The notes under the pieces are model-generated. The model saw only the letters and a program-made list of their open reading frames with translations. It was not told the origin of the DNA and ran no database searches. A program made the translations under genes and the position numbers. Positions 7,072 to 10,935 of a DNA stretch of 10,935 bases are shown piece by piece. How positions within the stretch are numbered: position 1 is the stretch's first letter; the number at the start of each line of letters is the position of its first letter. Source of the stretch: an uncultured Acidobacteriota bacterium (GTDB lineage: Bacteria; Acidobacteriota; JAQAZP01); contig CAWIIB010000006.1 in the NCBI GenBank assembly GCA_963836075.1, positions 1-10,935 of the forward strand, written 5' to 3'.

Positions 7072-8489
7072 CTACTCCAAGTACCCCAGCAGGCGGAGCC
7101 GCCGAACCTGCTCCGGGTCCAGATCCACGGCCGGCGGTGCGGCGGTGCCGGTCCCGCGCCCGGACTGCTCCATGACCCACTGCAGATCGGCCAGCAGCTG
7201 GTCGCGGCGCCCGGGATGCCGGCCGGCCAGGTTCTGCTGTTCCCCGGGGTCCTGCCGCAGGTCGTAGAGCTCGGTCCGGACCGCGGGCTCCACCCCTTCC
7301 CCGGGCCGCAGGATCAGCTTGTACTTGTCCGAGCGCCAGGAGTAGAGGTCGGTCTCCCCAGAAATTTCCTTCGGCAAAGACCGGCCGGTCGCCCTGCTCG
7401 CGATCCTCGATCAGCGGGACCAGCGATTTTCCGGCGAAACCCTCCCCCAACGGGGGAAGCCCGGTCAATTCGAGGATGGTGGGGGCCAGGTCGATCAACC
7501 GGACCGCACTGTCCACCACACGGCCCCGCGGCAAGCGACCGGGAAGCCGGATGATCAGCGGAACGTGCAGCAATTCCTGGTAGAGCGTGTGTCCATGCTC
7601 GAACCCCTGGTGATCGCCGAACTCCTCCCCGTGATCGGCGGTGATCACCACCAGGGTGGATGAATCCAGTTCCAGGCTGGCCAGGCTGGCCAGCAGCCGG
7701 CCCACCTCCCGGTCGGTATAGGCCACTTCGCCGTCATAGAGCGCTTCGAGGCGTCCGAGCATCGCCGGGGAGAGCCTGACCCGGCCCTGGCGCAGGGCGG
7801 CCATCTCCGATTTCGAGCCGAAGAGGTGGTCCGCTCCGGCCCGGTCCTTCGGCCTGGCGTGCCGCCGGCGAAATTCGGCCGGCGGGTCGTATTCCAGGTG
7901 GGGGTCGAAGTAGTGGACCAGGAGGAAGAAGGGGGTTCCGTTCATCTGTTCCAGCCGTTGGAGGGCGGCGTCCGTGGTGGGGGCCGCGATGCGGGTCCCG
8001 CTGTTCGATGCGCTGGATGCAAAATCCACCAGGTCGAACCCCCGGGTCATCCCGAAGGCATCTGGAGAGGAAGTCGACATTGATCACCGCCGCCGTCTGG
8101 TATCCCGCCCCGGCGAACTGTTCCTGCAGGGTGGGCACCTCAGGGGGCAGGGTGCTGAAGCGGAATGGTCCGAGTTTTTCTCCGGCCCGGTGGCGGGACG
8201 GATGCCGGGAAGTGAGCAGCGAGGCCATGGAGGGCAGGGTCCAGGGGGAATGGGCGCTGGCGTTGGAAAACCTGACACCATCAGCTGCGGCACTGTCCAT
8301 GGCCGGGGTGAGCCCCGAATCGTTTCCCTGACAACCCAGTCGATCGGCCCTCAAGGTGTCCACCACCAGCAGCAGGACATTTACCGGCTGTTCCGTCTCG
8401 ATTGACGGGCTGGGTGCGCAGCCCGGGGCCAGCCAGAAAATACTGGCCATACCCAGTATTGCCGCGAATCTCAGCGCTCTTATCTTCAT
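7072..8489 (-). CDS. Sulfatase-like / alkaline-phosphatase-superfamily hydrolase or transferase, probable lipoprotein (2 apparent frameshifts)
   Basis: N-terminus [24 protein letters not shown]24 looks like a signal peptide with lipobox. Motifs: [51 protein letters not shown]...[21 protein letters not shown] and terminal RLRLLGYLE. Frame changes at about 8063 and 7358. Confidence 0.88.
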
Positions 8490-8700
8490 TGGTTTCCATG
8501 GATCCTGGTTGCGGTACCCTTCCTGGCGGTCCTGGCGAATCCGGTTGAGGGAGAAGGATATCAGCATCGGGTCGGTGGTGGAAGGGTCCGCAGCGGTCCA
8601 TTTTCCTGCGGGGAGCGCGGAAATACTCACGAAAATGGGGACAGATGCCGAAAAGAAGGGGTGTCCGACCTTGAGATGTTGCTGCGAGGCTGATGAAACA

Positions 8701-10905
8701 ATGACTAACGACCTTTTCCCCGACTGGCACCGGCCGGTGCGCGAACCCCAGGGACCACCCGAACCGGTGGAATCCAGCGAGCTGGATCCGGCAACCGATG
8801 GGTGCCGGCAGGATCACGATGTGGCTTCTTCCTTGCTGGACGGAGAGGACATCCCGCTGCAGCTGCAGCTGGAGCAGCGTATCCGTGATCTGGAAGCGGA
8901 TAACCGGGTGCTGAAGGCCGAGAGGGACGCGGCCCGGGATTCCGAGATGGCCAAGAGCGCTTTTCTGGCCAACATGTCGCACGAAATCAGGACACCGATG
9001 AACGGCATCATCGGGATGACCGAACTGGTGCTGCGTACCGAGCTGACCCGTGAACAGCGCGAGTATATCGAGCTTTCCCGGGGTCAGCCGAAACGATGCT
9101 CGAACTGCTCAATGACATCCTCGATTTTTCCAAGATCGAAGCCGGCCAGCTGGACCTGGAATCGATTGAATTCGATCTGCGCCAGTTGCTGGAATCCACG
9201 GCCGATTCCCTGGCGGTGCGGGCGCACAAGAAATCCCTGGAACTGACGTGCCGGATTCACAACGACGTCCCGCTCGACCTGGTTGGCGACCCGAACCGTC
9301 TGCGGCAGATCGTGATGAATCTCGGTGTGAACGCCATCAAGTTCACCACTGCCGGGGACATCGCCATCAGCTGCCAGGTGGCGTCTCGATCGGAGAATGT
9401 GGTGTCGCTCCATTTTTCCGTGGCCGACAGCGGCATCGGTATTCCCGATGACCAGGTGGAGTCGATCTTCAACAGCTACAAACAGGCGGATGGTTCGGTG
9501 AGCCGCGTTCACGGCGGCAGCGGCCTGGGATTGGCCATTTGCCGCCAGCTCACCGAGATGATGGGTGGGCGTATCTGGGCCACCAGCGGGGAAACCGGAG
9601 GCAGCACATTTCACTTCACCGCCGATTTCCGGATCGAAGAGCCTTCGGCCGCCAGCGGGACAACGCTGCCGGAGAGAGCTGAAGGGCGTGCGGGCGCTGG
9701 TGGTGGACGACAACCAGGTCAGCCGCGCCATTCTCAGGGACATGCTGACCCTCTGCGGTATGCCGTCCGGTGAAGCGGAGAACGGGGAAGCCGCTCTGGA
9801 TGAGCTGGAGCGAGCCGCCGATGGCGACGAGCCGTACCGGCTGGCCGTGATCGATGTGGACATGCCGGGGATGGACGGTTTCGAAGTGGGCCGGCGAATC
9901 CAGGAGAGTAAGGCGCTGGATGTGGAAATCGTTCTCCTCACCTCCTGGGCCGCAAGGGCGACATCAAGCTGTGCCAGGATCGGGGGATCGAGGCCTACCT
10001 GATGAAACCGGTGAAACTGGCCCCGATGGTGGAGGCCCTGACCACAGGTCTCAAGATAGGCGGAACGGCTGATCAGGAACCGGCCGCCCCGTTGGCGGTC
10101 CCGGCTGAGAATGCCCGGCCGGCCGCCGGGATGAATATTCTGGTCGTGGAGGACAACCTGGTCAACCAGAAGCTGGCGGTGAAACTGCTCCAGCGCCGTG
10201 GAGACACGGTGACCGTGGCGGACGACGGTGCCATGGCCATGGAATACTGGCAGCACAACAGGTATGACTGCATCCTGATGGACATCCAGATGCCGGTGAT
10301 GGACGGAATCACCGCCGCGAAAAAGATCAGGGAGATCGAGGCCCGAAAGCGGGGCTCACATGCCGATCGTGGCCATGACCGCCCATGCCATGAAGGGAGA
10401 CCGGGAAACCTGCCTCAATGCCGGGATGGACGAATACATCACCAAGCCGATCAACGTCCAGGAATTGTACGCCCTGTTGGACACCATCGGCTCCGCCATT
10501 CCGGCGGCACCCCTGCCGGCTTCCCGGGCCGCGACCGTCTTCAGCGGAAAAGCGGCCCACGTCCGGTATGCTCGATTTCGAATCCATCCTCGCCGACTTC
10601 GATGGAGATAAGTCGCTGATGGTGGAGATCTTCCGGCTGTTCATCGAGGAGTCGGTGCAGCAGCGCGGGCGGATGCACAGTGCTATCGCCGCCGGGGACA
10701 GCGCTGGTCTGGAGAGCGCGGCGCATTCGCTCAAAGGGTCGGTGGGCTATTTCAAGGTGGACAAACTCTCCGAGCTGGCGTACAGCCTGGAGAAACTGGG
10801 GGCCGAGGGGGCCACCGCGGATGCCGCCGAGCTATGACCGGACTGGACGAGATCATCGACCAGGCCCTCCACGAAATGCAGGGCTACCTCGCTCAGCAGG
10901 GCTGA
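8701..10905 (+). CDS. Hybrid histidine kinase HisKA-HATPase-REC-REC-Hpt, soluble (6 apparent frameshifts; start could be 8635)
   Basis: H-box [16 protein letters not shown]-box [20 protein letters not shown] and [12 protein letters not shown]1 has [15 protein letters not shown] and MKP; REC2 has [15 protein letters not shown] and TKP; Hpt has AAHSLKGS. Frame changes at about 9082, 9675, 9945, 10352, 10500-10560 and 10833. Stop is TGA 10903-10905. Confidence 0.93.
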
Positions 10906-10935
10906 AAAGATGAACGGGCGCCCCCTTTCCTGGTC

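Noticed and set aside
6358-7554. Long alternative-frame or antisense ORFs (6358-7554; also 9084-10256, 2740-3444, 3206-3808)
   Set aside because: Shadow ORFs expected in high-GC DNA. They are Arg/Pro/Gly-rich or antisense to well-supported genes.
8647-8654. GCCGAAAA resembling a sigma28 -10 box upstream of the kinase
   Set aside because: No TAAA-like -35 at the 15-nt spacing.
10910-10935. Possible start of a next gene (ATG 10910) right after the kinase stop
   Set aside because: Only 8 codons are visible and there is no clear RBS, so it cannot be supported.
1-10935. CRISPR array, tRNA/rRNA, transposase or integrase, programmed frameshift
   Set aside because: No regularly spaced repeats, RNA-gene signatures or mobile-element ORFs were seen. 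The frame breaks are too numerous and scattered to be programmed.

Overview
GC-rich bacterial window with eight recognisable protein genes. On the + strand: the 3' half of a B12-binding-type radical SAM gene, a WecA/MraY-family (glycosyl transferase family 4) sugar-1-phosphate transferase with a C-terminal extension, a DegT-family sugar aminotransferase and a closely coupled HddA-like GHMP sugar kinase. Then follow a GT2 glycosyltransferase (-), an EamA/DMT transporter (+), a sulfatase-like probable lipoprotein with Thr in place of the catalytic Cys/Ser (-), and a soluble HisKA-HATPase-REC-REC-Hpt hybrid kinase (+). Five of the eight genes are split by at least about 19 frame changes, many at short homopolymers, which looks like long-read indel error rather than real decay. 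The non-coding regions hold the most unusual signals: a CGTC/RPE-type palindromic element (5991-6103), a structured leader upstream of wecA, and a bipartite motif (GGAAATACT...GGGACAGAT) found upstream of both wecA and the hybrid kinase. I cannot support a clearly new system from the sequence alone. The best leads are that shared motif, the aminotransferase + heptose-kinase-like pair, and the apparently sensor-less kinase.
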